Part shown: one piece after another, positions 34,601-47,319 of the stretch | Numbering within the stretch: position 1 is the first letter of the stretch | Layout of the letters: each line of letters starts with the position of its first letter | Origin: Hydrolagus affinis | Taxonomy: Eukaryota | NCBI GenBank assembly: GCA_012026655.1 | Contig: JAAILG010000005.1 | Location: 62,001-126,000, forward strand | Direction of reading: 5' to 3' | Length of the DNA stretch: 64,000 nt | Made by a program: the position numbers and the translations under genes | Notes under the pieces: generated by a model | What the model saw: the letters and a program-made list of their open reading frames with translations, nothing else | The model's database searches: none | Told to the model about the DNA's origin: nothing

Positions 34601-37600
34601 ATCCTATCCACTGAATACATGCATCTCCTACTTTTTCTGCTGATGGAACTAAAACACACTGAACTATTATTTCCCCTGTATCAAGCTCAGTTCTCGTTGT
34701 CTTCTGCATCTATGAAGCCAGAGCGACAATCGGGTAAAGGCTCCACTATGTTGATGCTCATGTGTGAGGGTGAATGTGACGGGATGAACGTGTCTGGGTC
34801 AATTCGCACAGATGCAGAATTGAAATGAGGATTTCGAAAATATAAAAGTGGCAGGTGCACAAAGAGCCACGTTCACGTTCAAGTGTTAGTGCCTCCACTG
34901 GAGCATTGCTCTCCATGTAGCTGTAGGCACAGCCCCAAATTCAGCCTCCACAGAATATGAACACATGCCTTATTGCACTGCACAACCCTGCTACTCATTT
35001 TCAGGCATGTTCATTTAATCATTTAATAATTAGTTAGCGTTGTAATCAGGGGATGTCCCAGTTGTAGGATTATCATGCTGCTGAATTGCAACACTGTGTT
35101 GTCCCAACTTCATTCAGCCAAACATTTTACCCTGCAGAAAACTGGACTGTAGGTGCAGCTAATTACTTGGTAAAACAAACATGTCACAAATGTGAAGAAT
35201 TTGTGGGTGTAAGGAGTTCATCAAAGACGCTGGCTTGCAAACTTTGTAATGGAGAGACATTCCACCCAGCTCTAGATTTAATCCAAATTCTGGACACTCT
35301 TAAATGCTACGTAAATAGAGTAAATCTAGACTGAGAGAAAAATTAATCCCCAACAGAATCTCTGGGTCAGAAGACTTTTGCACCATAAGTACACTGAATT
35401 CTTCCTTTTCCAGTTACTGTTCGCTTTTGCCTGTAGAGACAACAAATCCTGAGCTAAATATAAGAGCTCAGTTATGCAGTTACATCCCATTGTGAGATTT
35501 GAGACTCTATTTCCTGCAAGAAAGTCCTACAGAGGTTTTTAGAGTCAATAATCATTTAAAGGCTATTTTAATTCTCCTGGTTATACTATATTTGTTATAG
35601 TGTGGATTTATTTTCCCTTGCTTCATTTTCATTTGATCATCTGATCTATTACTCATTTGGGGATAAATTGGCCAAACTCCATGTGAATGTGTAAATGCTT
35701 CCATCTTCCATTAGAGATTGCATGGTGCAATCAAAGAGATTAACAATCGTTTATTAAGGATCATGTGGGAAAAATGCATAACTTGGAAAAGACAGATATA
35801 CCCCAAAAAGGATGCAGTCTAGTTCATAAGAGATGCAGTGTTACTTACCTTGTGATTTGCGTGCATACCTGAATATAAGAAAATTTCTTGGAAACCTTTT
35901 GAATTATAATAAAGTACATATTCTGAAAATTCCCAAATCCAGAATCTTGAGTTTGTTCTAACACAGAAGCTACCTGGGATGAATGCTTCAGACACAGAAT
36001 AAATATAGTTGTGACTAAATTTTCTATAGCTGTTAGTGCATATTTACATCTTGCTTCTGGCATGAATACAACAGGATTTAAAAAATGCTATTTATAGTCC
36101 TAGATAACAATGTAGCCAAAGAAGCATTCGCAAAGGAATGGTTTCAGGATTAACCACATATTTTACTGTTTACTTACCATTTATTTTATTGTAAAAGGTC
36201 ACCATTGTGGATTCACCATAAATGTAGTACTGTACAGCATTATGAAATGTAAGGTACCTATATAAGAAATGGTAATGTTGGTATTGGTAAAAAAAAAGGC
36301 CAAGATTGTGTGCTGTTAACAGATAGGCAGTGGTTCATGATTGGTATTCAATATATAGTACTGTACTTTGATGACATGATCTTGTGAATACATCACACTT
36401 TAGCCATGAAACCAGAATCAATCATCATGGATAAATCTCAAGGTACTCACCCACACCTACAAATCCCTTTATGCCCTACAATCCACCTAGAGAAAAAGCA
36501 GCTTTGTGTTCACTCCTATGCCAATTTCATTCCCACAGTGTATTGTGCTAGTAAGATGAATAAACTGTTTGCCATAGGTCAATGGTGCTGTTTCCAACTT
36601 ACAGACAGACAGTGGAATATCACAGTAATAGACATTAGTACACCCCACAATTTGGACAAGACAAGCTGGCATAAACAAGGGTTTGCACAAATGAAGGCTC
36701 TTTTTTGTTTCTTTTAAATACAAGCAGCAAATTCCACATCGACACGTGACTTATCTGCAAGGGCTTAGATGAGAGAGGGCAAACGTAAATTACGATTTAC
36801 AGACTGAAAAAGATAAAATAAAAGTGGGCAAATAATAAAAAGTTAAAAGTACTTATACTCGTATGAACCCACTACATTGTTTGTGTTTCCCACATGCTAC
36901 CTTCCAGGTACGCTATAAACTGATGCACAGAGATGGGCAGCTGGGAGGTGTAATTAAGGAAATATATAAATAATTGGTAGGTTTTACAACAATACTGTAT
37001 TGTTTTACCTCCTGGAAAGTACATTTTGTTGTATGTTGAGTAGAGCACACTCATTGTTTGAGGCACGCAGCCTTGAACATTTTATTATAGGGTTGGTTCC
37101 TCTGATAAACGTACATTCTTTTAAGCAACAGGAATTGAACTCATAACTTCAATAAACATTATTACACTCTTTAACAAGCTCTCTTTCAATCTTGCCCCTC
37201 AGTTTAAAGGAAAGATTAATTTCATGCTCACTAGACTGACTAATTCCAAGTGTTGGTGCAAATCCTTACTCTAAGTGGATTGAGATGCATGGATTTTTCT
37301 GGGAAATACTATCAATGGTTGTAAATGAAGCCTCCATTGAATGTTTTCATAGCTCTGTCATTTGCAGGTGCTAGAGGGATTTGTGCAGTGGATGCCTGGA
37401 ATACTTTTGAAAGTAGGAGAGATTATTAACTTGCTGGCGTGAGTCCTTTGTGCCACTACCAGCTATTAGTTATTGGCTCATACCCAGGATCGTCCACTTT
37501 GGAGTAGATTCTGCCACCAAGGGAAAGGTCATTAAGGGCTGTACTTTATTCTTGTTAGTATGTTCTAACATAATTAGCAGAAGTTATTCTCCAGATGGTT

Positions 37601-38009
37601 TCCTTCCTGTCAGCAAGTACCTATGGTTTAATGGTCTGTCTTGGATTCCACATTTCATTGGGTGAGGTTAGGAGCAAAATTATATACTTTGATCCACCCT
37701 CTGCTAATTCTTTCTTAAGAATTCATGAGTTATGGGAATTCATGAGTTGTGGGAATTAATGGCGGATATGGGAAGAGAAAAAGAAACCACACAGCTCACA
37801 TTGCAACAGGCCTCTCTAATACGATTGCTATAAGAGGTTCTTTCTGGTCAGTGTTCTGAATTTCATTAAGCCCTCGTTACAAAATATTGCAGAATTAAGC
37901 TAATTTACAAGGTTTTAATGGAATTAAAGTTTCAAAATATACCGTGCTCTTTATAAGGGATTTCAAACTAAATTCATTCTTGGCCTCATTATCACTGATG
38001 GGTAGACTG

Positions 38010-38049
38010 TTAACCCTTTAGGGCCCGGCGTTTCTCAGTTAGCAACACA
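38010..38049 (+). mobile_element. Possible piggyBac-like terminus truncated by the gap
   Basis: TTAA (38010-38013) immediately followed by CCCTTTAGGGCCCGGCG; CpG-rich; runs into Ns. Confidence 0.45.
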
Positions 38050-38149
38050 NNNNNNNNNNNNNNNNNNNNNNNNNNNNNNNNNNNNNNNNNNNNNNNNNNN
38101 NNNNNNNNNNNNNNNNNNNNNNNNNNNNNNNNNNNNNNNNNNNNNNNNN
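38050..38149. other. Assembly gap (100 N, placeholder length)
   Basis: Run of exactly 100 n. Confidence 0.99.
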
Positions 38150-38322
38150 TCAATCCACGACTGTGTGTGGGACACTGCTGTGCGCAATTGGCTGCCGCAA
38201 TTCGCCCACAAATATATACAGTCAATTCACTTTACAGTATATTCTGTGAAGCGCTTTGGGACGTTAATAAGATGTGGAAAGCGCTATATCAAATGCAAGG
38301 ATTATTATTATTATTATTATTA
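38150..38322 (+). mobile_element. SINE family A 3' half, young
   Basis: CpG-intact tgtgggacactgctgtgcgcaattggctgccgcaattcgcccac... with long pure (ATT)n tail. Confidence 0.95.
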
Positions 38323-38371
38323 TGTATTTTGAACTTTTTAAAAAAAACAGATGTTATATTTGGTAAACAAT

Positions 38372-38530
38372 GACAACGATTTGCACTTATTTTGCACCCT
38401 CCACACAGGGTAGCATCTCAGAGTGCTTAGCAATAGTGGAGCCTGAATCCAAGTCAAGAGTTGGAGGGAGGGGATTGGGTAGGGGATATAAGCACGGTCA
38501 AAAAGGAAGGTTTGACACAGTGTTTGGCAA
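38372..38530 (-). mobile_element. L2 3' end fragment
   Basis: ttgcaccctccacacagggtagcatctcagagtgctt followed by purine-rich 3'UTR like 14018-14350. Confidence 0.55.
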
Positions 38531-38532
38531 TG

Positions 38533-38680
38533 AGGACATCACAGCTGAGCCTGAACATATCTTCATCCAATCTCCACATGTGCACACACACACACACACA
38601 CACGCACATACATGCCCCACATTTTCCAGCAGGAGTCATTAGATGGCAATCAGAAATCTGGGCTGATTTCCTCCTCCAGT
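38533..38680 (-). mobile_element. LFSINE_Vert-like fragment with expanded (CA)n
   Basis: catcacagctgagcctga...ccacat(CA)n...cattttccagcaggagtcattagatggcaatcag. Confidence 0.75.
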
Positions 38681-39004
38681 GCTGTCTCTAATCACCAAAC
38701 TCTGCACAGTCCATGCATTGGATCTGTTCTTTCCAACTATACCACATGTGCATCTTTTTCATGTACAAATTTAGAAATCTATAAATCTCTGCACGCCTGG
38801 CCAAGGGCATGGAAATGTGTTTGGAGATTAATGGAATGCCAACAAGTATTTCTTAATTCAAACTAATCATGAAAAGAAAGGGAAACATTGATTTGGTACA
38901 AATCTTGCTGGATTTGGTACAGAAATATTATTGCCATTTGTATTGGCAGGTCTTGCATCTATTTTGATGGGTCCCATTAAGGTCTTAAGATCAAAGGCAT
39001 GCAA

Positions 39005-39113
39005 TCCTACAAAATATACAATCAATTCAATTTACAGTATATTCTATGAAGCGCTTTCAGATGTGTTGAAGTCGTGATAAGGCGCCTTATCAAAATGCAA
39101 GGATTATTATTAT
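39005..39113 (+). mobile_element. SINE family A 3' tail
   Basis: caaaatatacaatcaattcaatttacagtatattct...gcaaggattattatt. Confidence 0.85.
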
Positions 39114-39186
39114 AATCTGTAGATTACAAATTTTCCGCTAGCTTCCTCCCTTATATTGTGTTGACCATATCAGAGACAGAATGGAA

Positions 39187-39242
39187 ACAACAACAACAAC
39201 AAAATTACGCTTGTATAGCGCCTTTCACATCAAGAAACATTT
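39187..39242 (-). mobile_element. L2-type 3' tail
   Basis: (caa)n aattacgcttgtatagcgcctttcacatcaag. Confidence 0.75.
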
Positions 39243-39309
39243 TGCAGCTGAGGAATAACTTTATTCTTTGCTATTTGCAACACCTTGTTTGTATATAGTC
39301 TGTTTATGA

Positions 39310-39528
39310 CAGTGGTTTCCAAACTGTGGGTCGCGCCTCCCTTGGGGGAGGCTGGGGTGGGGGGGCGCAGAGCTTTAGAGTCTCAAGCCCCCGAGTGCAT
39401 GTGGAGCCGAGGCGGAGCTGAGGACCTGGGTGTGTGGAGCCGAGTGTGGTGGGGGGGGGGGGGGGAGGGCGCTATTCAAAGCTGAATTAGGGGTGGGAGG
39501 GGCGCTATTCAAAGTTTGGAAGCCATTG
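39310..39528. mobile_element. Non-autonomous hAT (Charlie-type) MITE, 219 bp
   Basis: 16-bp TIRs CAGTGGTTTCCAAACT / AGTTTGGAAGCCATTG (14/16 match), 8-bp TSD gtttatga / gtttaaga, subterminal gtgggtcgcg. Confidence 0.9.
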
Positions 39529-39934
39529 GTTTAAGATATGTGCTGGTACTGTACTCAGTTTACGACAGCAGCTGACATAAAGTTGCACAACTCTACTAAT
39601 GAAACACAGTCCTTTTTGCAACTACTTTTATTGACTGTTAAGATCGCTGGCTTATCTTATTCCAGTAAATTGTCCTCCTCCGGCCTCTTTTATTTGTCAT
39701 TTACATTTCTGTTTTTGTACTCACTTACCACCAAAGTTCGACTCAATTCATTCGTAATTGCAACAAACATCTAACAGAATAATATGTTTAAACTGTGGAT
39801 AACACACTGAAAATATACTACATCTTTAGAGGTTTAACACCAATTTATTTTCCCATTGTAGGTTAAATTGAAAGTTAGAGTAGCTAAGAGAAAGTTATGT
39901 AGCTAAGAGGAATGGAAAGTAATCTATTCCCAGG

Positions 39935-40235
39935 TTGCTTTGATAATCTTTGCACTTGATACACCACCTTACAACACCATCAAAATGCCATAAGATTTAC
40001 TGTAAAGTGTAGTTACCACCTATTATACATGGCAACCAATTTGCACATTAATGTCACACAGAACAACCATGAAATGCATGACCAATTTCATCTGGAGAAT
40101 TGTTGGCCAGCATCTCAGTTTAACACATCTTCGGAAGGGCGAGCGGTACATCACATGATACAATGCTTTTCCCGGGACTGCATTGGAATGTTAACCTGGA
40201 CTAGGAGATCAAAGTCTGCAATGTTCTGACTCAGT
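39935..40235 (-). mobile_element. DeuSINE, decayed
   Basis: ggcaaccaatttgcac...ttggccag...cagtttaacacatcttcggaag...actgcattggaatgttaacctgga...ttctgactcag. Confidence 0.7.
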
Positions 40236-40634
40236 CAGGAAGGCTCCCAGCAGTCCCCTGGTGCCGCTAAACTGCACTCTGTGGCTTTTCCTCGAAAGAA
40301 GAAACTCAGAATCACTTGACACATCTCATAGGCTACCCTCCCCTGAGATGGGGAATGAGCACCACTGCTCTGTGTTGTGCACACGAACAATGTTCTGTGT
40401 CCCCTATGGTTACAACGTCCACCTGCACAGTAGCTGGGAGCCTTCATTACCTTCCCGAAGTAATGCATTTTTCATGTGTGAGTCCATGTCTAAAGAACAG
40501 TTACCTGTGAAGTGCCTAAGAGCAGAGTCCTGTTTGAAAAGGGGCCAGAGGAACAGCTACCACTTTCACAATTTGATAACAAAATTTCCAAACCTCTGAT
40601 GAGGGTAAACCAGGAGGATTCTTTAATAACTTAG

Positions 40635-40937
40635 GTGAAAGCTTAGGCGAGTTCCCTGCTCCACACAGGAGCTGTTTACCTAGCAGTAAGTAGGAACTCA
40701 GTTGTCAGTCAATTGTGGATCGCCATCCGGGGGTAATAATCCCTTAAAAAAATATATAATTTAGTCACTCAATCTATGAGTGTTTATCAGACACAGCTAT
40801 GTTGCATTGACCGCTGTGTTTAACCCACAAAACTTACAGTCAATTCGCTTGATAGTATGTTAGTGAAGTGCTTTGAGATGTCTCAGCAATGTGATAAGGC
40901 GCTATATAAAATGTAAGGATTACTATTTATTATTATT
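40635..40937 (+). mobile_element. SINE family A, long subfamily
   Basis: cttaggcgagttccctgctccacac...ctgtttacctagcagtaagtagg...tggatcgc, then family A tail. Confidence 0.85.
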
Positions 40938-43034
40938 ACCTTACTCCTCTCTATGGCTGTAAAAGGGAGGATTCTGGATATATTAAAACAGAAATGAAGA
41001 AGATGGGGTGGAGTTAAATTACTATTTGGGGGGGCTCAGATTTCATATTATCCAATGAACATACAGTAGTAAAAAGTGTGAGACATTTGTATTAACTGCA
41101 GGAGGAGTGAGAACACTACACTTCAACAAGTCGCGATGGAGTTATTGCAATGTTTACCTTGTACACACAAAGCTTTAGGTCATCTATATTAAGTCTAGAA
41201 GAAATTCTGGGACATGTTTTTTCCTGTTTGGAAGCGCTGCCCTGAGAAACCTAATGTTTACACTGTGTCTACTCGGATTTTTTTAAGGAATAAACCTTTA
41301 TGGCTTAAAGCACCATATCCTTATATGTTTACAACTTTGTTTCTTTGAAATTAGAACTTCAAATTAACAAACACATTATTGTTAGCAGACCATGGCAAAA
41401 ATTGCATGAGAAGCTCTCATCTTCCTGTAAAAATTCAGGACTTCTCATGCGATTCTTAGATGATCATTAAGATTTTTCTCAGTCTACGTGTAAACCTCCA
41501 TAATTGTCCGCCAGAGAAATTTCCCTTTTATGCATATTAGGCCATGTAGATGTCTTTTTCAATCACTGAATGGCATAATGGCTTCTGGTCTGTTGTCTGC
41601 TTATATTCAGTCAATGGCGATTAAGCATTGTAATCACATTGAGAAGAGCAGGAACACGAGTCTAGCCCCAGTTTAGCTATTTTAAAATAAAGTTGACAAT
41701 TTTTGCATTGAATGTTAATTTCTTAAAGTTGAGCAAATTGGAGTATAATAGAAGTTCACCTCTGTTGAAGTCTGAAGCCAAGCTTTGTGCTTTTCCAAAA
41801 TATTTTGTCAAACTCGTACCCCAGTCTCATTGAACCTCTCTATTGAATACAAATAAACACTTTTTTTTGCTCAATACAGAACTGGATTTGGAAGGCTTCA
41901 TTTAAAAAAAGTATGAAACGAATAAATTAAAAACAAATATTTTCATTTGCATCAGGCTTTCCATGTCACACCATTTCTCAATTTCCATAAACTTTTAATT
42001 CAGCGTTGACTGGTGATGATGATGTTGATCTAATACACTGACTGCAACCTCAACATCATTGCCAAGATGAGCTGTGCTCTTGAAGACGTCAGCACTATTT
42101 ACTGTTCAACACTGAATCACATCAGTCACATTACTTCAACATTCCAAACCCCAAAGTCGGCAAAACAGGAGTCATTCACGAACTCTTGCGTTTGATTTAG
42201 CGCTTTTCACATCGGGAGGAGTCTCAAAAATCTTTTGCAGGATTTACTGTAAAGTGTAGTTAGCTGTGTATTTTGTAGGTTAATGACCTAGGTGCCCCCC
42301 CAAATGGCTTCGCACTTCCCTCACAATCATTTTAAATATACAGGGTGGGGGGGAATAATCCTCCATACAATGCAGCATTTCAAAACATTGCTGAAAGCAA
42401 CACTTAAATTTAGCAATCCAAAATAAAATAATGCTATTGTTCTAATCCCTGCATTACTTTGCTAGCCAACAAATTAAGTGGATTTTTGTAGCTGTTAAAA
42501 CCACATTTTCAGCAATAATTCTGCAAATCAATCTTTAGCTTTCATTTGTAGCTCAGCTACCATAACAAACCTATGGTACTTAGTCTGCACATACTTAGGT
42601 GGGACTAGTTAATGTAATGTAGAGATTCTGTGCACGCCATGTTTTAGCTGATTGTTTTCTATTTATCTGTATATAATACAGATCTACTTTTACATTGATT
42701 TACATTTGGAGGCACTTAAAACCTGCACTGACACTTACACAGCAAACAATAGATTTTTATTTCAACATTTACAACAAGAAAGGGACCAATGCAAGAATTT
42801 AACCTTGGAAGGGTAGAGTTATACTGAAATGTTTGTCAGGGGACACAAGAAATATCACAAGAGTTCATTGATCGCGTGTGAATTATTGACAAGAGAACTG
42901 ACATGGCTATTTACTGTGGTTAGTTGTTTTTTTTTGAGGGTGGGGGTGTGGTTGTGTGCAAGTTTGACACTGCGTTGGACAGTTTAAAGAACCCATGTCA
43001 ATCCTCCAGCTGATACATTTCCAACATGTGTTGG

Positions 43035-43258
43035 CTGCTTTCCAATACTTCAGCTGCTACACCCTTAACCTCTGCAACTCCTTCCCTTTCCCCCTCCATC
43101 TTGCCCTTTTACCCCTCCATCTGTTCTTAAATCTCTCCTAAAAACCTCTTCACCACCTTTCTCACTCCTTTCTCTCTTGCTCAGCCTCTGATCGAGTCAC
43201 CGTGAAGTGCTCGAGACTAACCTATGTGAAGGGCACTGTATGAATGTAAGTTGTTGTG
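43035..43258 (+). mobile_element. L2 LINE 3' end
   Basis: cttaacctctgcaactccttccc...ttaaatctctcctaaaaacc...gtgaagggcactgtatgaatgtaagttgttg. Confidence 0.7.
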
Positions 43259-44009
43259 ATTGGAACAATTATCCTTGCATATGATGTAGCACGTTTAAGG
43301 TCAAACGAGCTTTGCAAAATTACAGCGGTAGGTCTATTAATTGATTTAAAAAGGAACTGATTGAATTCCTAGATTTGCAAGGGATTGAAGGTAAAAGAGA
43401 CAAGTTCAGACACAAGTAATGTATTACACGGGCCATTATAGATCCAGTCATGTTTGGAGCTTGGGAGAGTTACCGTGGAATGCTGCTGGTCAGGTTGACT
43501 TCTGCAGGTTGGGGAGTTAGATTGATATCCTGGAGTTATTTTGCTCAATTATCTTTGGGACTGCAGGAGACATTTCAAAGTGTTTCTTTACTTTGAAGTG
43601 CCGCTGGAGAGCATTTACCCCCAAGAAGATCAAATAACACGAAGCCGATGAAGCTAATGCATAATATTAAGTTATTTTTGTCTGATGAAAGGAATGAGCT
43701 TGTTGGGCAGATTGGTCTTTTCTCATTCCATACCTTCTTTAGCAAGAGAAAATGGCGAGTGACAGGTTTTCTAAATTGTGAAACATTTGCGATGAAAAGC
43801 AATTACAAAAGGGTTCTCGCTCTAACATTACTGAGATTGAGGTTTGACCATGACCTCTTCACCTTTCGAACCAGTGTTCCAAACCAGAGAAGGATAGGTT
43901 GATTGCCTCTAAATAATCTTTATTAAAGATTGTGAAGGACACAGCAAGCAAGTGTCCAGAGCAAGGATGTCAACTATCCTTATGAATGGACCCATGGAAA
44001 GTAGAACTG

Positions 44010-44145
44010 TCACAACAGTGTAGGTTTGACCCATAGGTCCCTCCCCCATCCTGACCCCCAGCTTGGGTCCAAATCCCTGACTATCTAATGCCTTGGGATG
44101 TTCTCTGCAAGTGAAAAGTGCTATACAAATGTAATATTCTATTAT
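44010..44145 (+). mobile_element. L2-type 3' tail
   Basis: cccagcttggg...atgccttgggatgttctctgcaagtgaaaagtgctatacaaatgtaat. Confidence 0.7.
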
Positions 44146-44194
44146 ATAGTAATGAGTCTGCAACCAGCTAGTTGAAGTTTATTGTCCTATAGCA

Positions 44195-44445
44195 AGGCGC
44201 ACATAGGATACTAGAATTAGCCTCAGTGCCTGTAGACTAGACAGGAAAAAAGAATCACTTAAAAGTTCTCAATTCTGATCTTTATCCAGTGAATTTTGCT
44301 GGGGAATAAACATGTGTGACATTAGGGAGGATAGGATCAGAATTGGTTGTGGTATTTTCTCCTCATCCCCACCCCCACACACACACCTCCGCCCTGCCTG
44401 AATAGCTTGCCAACACTCACTGTCTGGGCTTGCACATGAAAATAA
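44195..44445 (+). mobile_element. LFSINE_Vert-like
   Basis: aattagcctcagtgcc...tatccagtga...gaatagcttgccaacactcactgtctgggcttgcacatgaa. Confidence 0.8.
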
Positions 44446-45099
44446 ACATATTATTTATCCTTTATAATGCAACTTATTTAATATATTATCTAACAATTTA
44501 TCTCCCTTTGACAAATAGAATCATACAATTGCTTCGCTCGAGAAACAGTCATTACATTCTAATGCTCGTTACTAATTCCATTCTGCCCTCACACACAAGG
44601 AGAACAATTGTTTTCTTAAAGTAAAAATTGTGGGAAATAATTTTAAAATATCAAGTGAAGTGCCAGACAGTTCCTCTTAATTGCTCTTGTGGTTTCTCTA
44701 GACCTTTTGGGTGGATCACAAAAATAACCAACTTTTCCTCCCTTGGGGAAACAAATTGAGATTAAAAAAAAACATTTGCAAGTCTAGTCTTTCTTGTCGT
44801 TGAACTGAAGACTGGAGATAGATTGAGGTGACAAAAATGTTAAGTCACAAACTCAAATAATTACTGTTTTGGAAATGTTATAATCACTTCAAGACATTTA
44901 TAATGTCTTGTTCTTGTTTGTTCTCGTCTTATTTATATAAGCTATCTTACACCCACCACCAGTCAATACAGTGCTATACAAAATTACATTTGTAGAGCTC
45001 CTTTCATGTCTGGAGGACACCTCAAGGTGCTAGAGTTGAATGCAGCACACAGCTTAAACAATTGGTTCTACACCAGACTGCTGCACTCTCCTGTTACCT

Positions 45100-45350
45100 A
45101 CTTCCCCCACTTCCTCCTTCCCTCCCTCCACTCTGCCAACTATGGCCTACTACAGCCACTGTCCTCTTCCTCTTAAACTGTCTTCCAACATCCTGCTGTC
45201 TCACTCCCCACCCCATCCCCTCCCTCTCTGCTTTCAAAGTCCATCTAAATACTAACTCCGACTGCACTTTTGGCTACCTTCCTCTTACTCCCCTCCCACC
45301 CCACCCCCGGATCAGTTATCCTATATTGAGATGTTCTCCCTACTTGTAAG
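45100..45350 (+). mobile_element. L2 LINE 3' fragment
   Basis: Pyrimidine-rich; ctttcaaagtccatctaaatact encodes FKVHLNT (L2 FK.HLKT end). Confidence 0.55.
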
Positions 45351-45889
45351 TGCACATTGTTACTGTAGATTCTCTTGTTGTAAAAATAAGACGTGGCTCA
45401 GAGAAACAAGGTGCATTTGTTTGACATTACCTAAAGAATTCAAAATTGTGTAATGCAGTTTCACTGAAAGAGATCAGTTTAGAGAAGTTATGCTCTAACC
45501 TCTTGTGCCATAAGAGGAAAAAATAAGTTGTGCCATTTTCTTCAAACATCGTTTGGATTACACAGAAAAGTATCATATTTTGAGGCTGCATTACTGGGAG
45601 CTGAATTGATGACAAAAAATTAATCCACAGCTTCCTTAAAAACACATGTTATGCACATGTAAACTTGATCAAGGAACATAGTACACTTATTAAACAAATG
45701 TATTGTGCTGTTTTGACTATATCTTTGAAGAGATATACTGTACATGTAAAGGAAGAAACATCAACATACAGTACTTAGCTTTTCAGTGTGACATTTTGAG
45801 TTTTATCAACAGACTATTTACTACCAAAGTGAACAGAAGATCAGTTTATTCTGTTGAAATTATTCACGAGTTGATTATACTCAGAGACA

Positions 45890-46090
45890 AATCAGGGTAG
45901 TAGCAGGGCTACATTTTCTTTCCGACCAAGGTCAATTGTAGTTCTCCCACTCCAGCCACAGCTGAGATCAGCTAGTTCAGCAAAGACCAAGAATGAACTT
46001 TGGACACCCCCACACCACCACCCACTTGGGCCTATGTAGTTCAGTTTTACATAAGGTTAAAGTTTATCAATTTAGCAATCAGTAGTCCCC
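45890..46090 (-). mobile_element. LFSINE_Vert-like 5' half
   Basis: ggtcaattgtag...cagctgagatcagctagttcagcaaagacc. Confidence 0.7.
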
Positions 46091-46744
46091 TGATGGGAAG
46101 AAATTTTCTTCCATGCAACGTAAATTAAGTGTGTAAAGATGCACATCTTGAATATACTGTTAATGTGGCACAACATTGGCAATCCCATTCAGAGGTTACA
46201 AGTGTGGTAGGTATAGGAAGTTCAGAATTCACAAAGGTATGCCCGAGACCTCTATTTTGAGGTTGAAAGTGGATCATACACATTGACGACAGATAAAAAG
46301 GAGCCTGTCTCAGTGTCAGACCCATGCTATGGAAAGTACTAACAGAGATCATATCGTTGAGCAGAAATATTCACCAATTGAAAATTAAAACAAATTGATT
46401 GTTCAGAACCATTGGCACAAAAATGTTCAACTAAACAAAAGTATAAACTTAACGAAAACTTGAAATGCCACATCAAGTAACTGCTCTGTTTGCAGCTCAC
46501 TGTGATTAATGGCTGGGTATCCAGTTTCAACATGGAAACAATTTACTGTTGCACTATACACATGTAATTCTGGATTAATTTAATGCAATCCAGAAATGTA
46601 TACACCCACCATCTGTATTCTTTCTTAAAGGATGACTGTCATCGTAAGCGGGGGAATGGAGTAGTTATGGTATTGTGGTGTAATTTGAAAAGAGAAGGGA
46701 GAAAGTTCTGCCCAAAAATCCCTTCAGATACAATCGGTCATTCA

Positions 46745-46905
46745 CTTCATGGATGTTTGTGGGACATTGCTATGCGCCAATTGGTTGTCGGGTTTACCTT
46801 ACAATGCACGGGTCACTACACTCAATAGAAACTTTGCGAAGCCCTTTGAGATGTTCTCAGCAAGCATTGTTGGTGCTATACCAAATGGATGGATGATTGT
46901 TGTTA
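46745..46905 (+). mobile_element. DeuSINE/family A-type tail fragment
   Basis: tgtttgtgggacattgctatgcgccaattggttgtc...gaagccctttgagatg. Confidence 0.65.
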
Positions 46906-47319
46906 CAACAGTTGGCCAACCTTAACAACTAGTGACATAGTAGCAGGCAGCTGCGTGACCTTTTTAAATAGTACTGTATTCATTTTTGATGATCCACCAC
47001 AATCTTCTGGTGAAAGTTTCTTTTCGAAGTTCAGAGTGTTTATATCAGTCAAAGATACTACAGTACTATTAGAGAGATTCCATTAAAATGTCCATCTCTT
47101 GCTGGGTTAGAGTGTTCATTTATATTGTATTCCTCTGCGTAATGTAACCACAATTAATGCAACCCCCATGTCAAGTAGTAATGTACATAACTATTGTGAT
47201 AAATGAAGATTCTTCTCATTTATAAGACATATAATGCTGGATAAAATACATGTATACATTACAGAGGGAGGACAGGATCAAAGCAGATCTCAGATATCCA
47301 CTGAAAAATGTGGAAAAAT

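Noticed and set aside
40239-40445. 13-bp perfect inverted repeat (gaaggctcccagc) as a MITE
   Set aside because: No TSD or recognisable TIR type; one such match in 64 kb is compatible with chance
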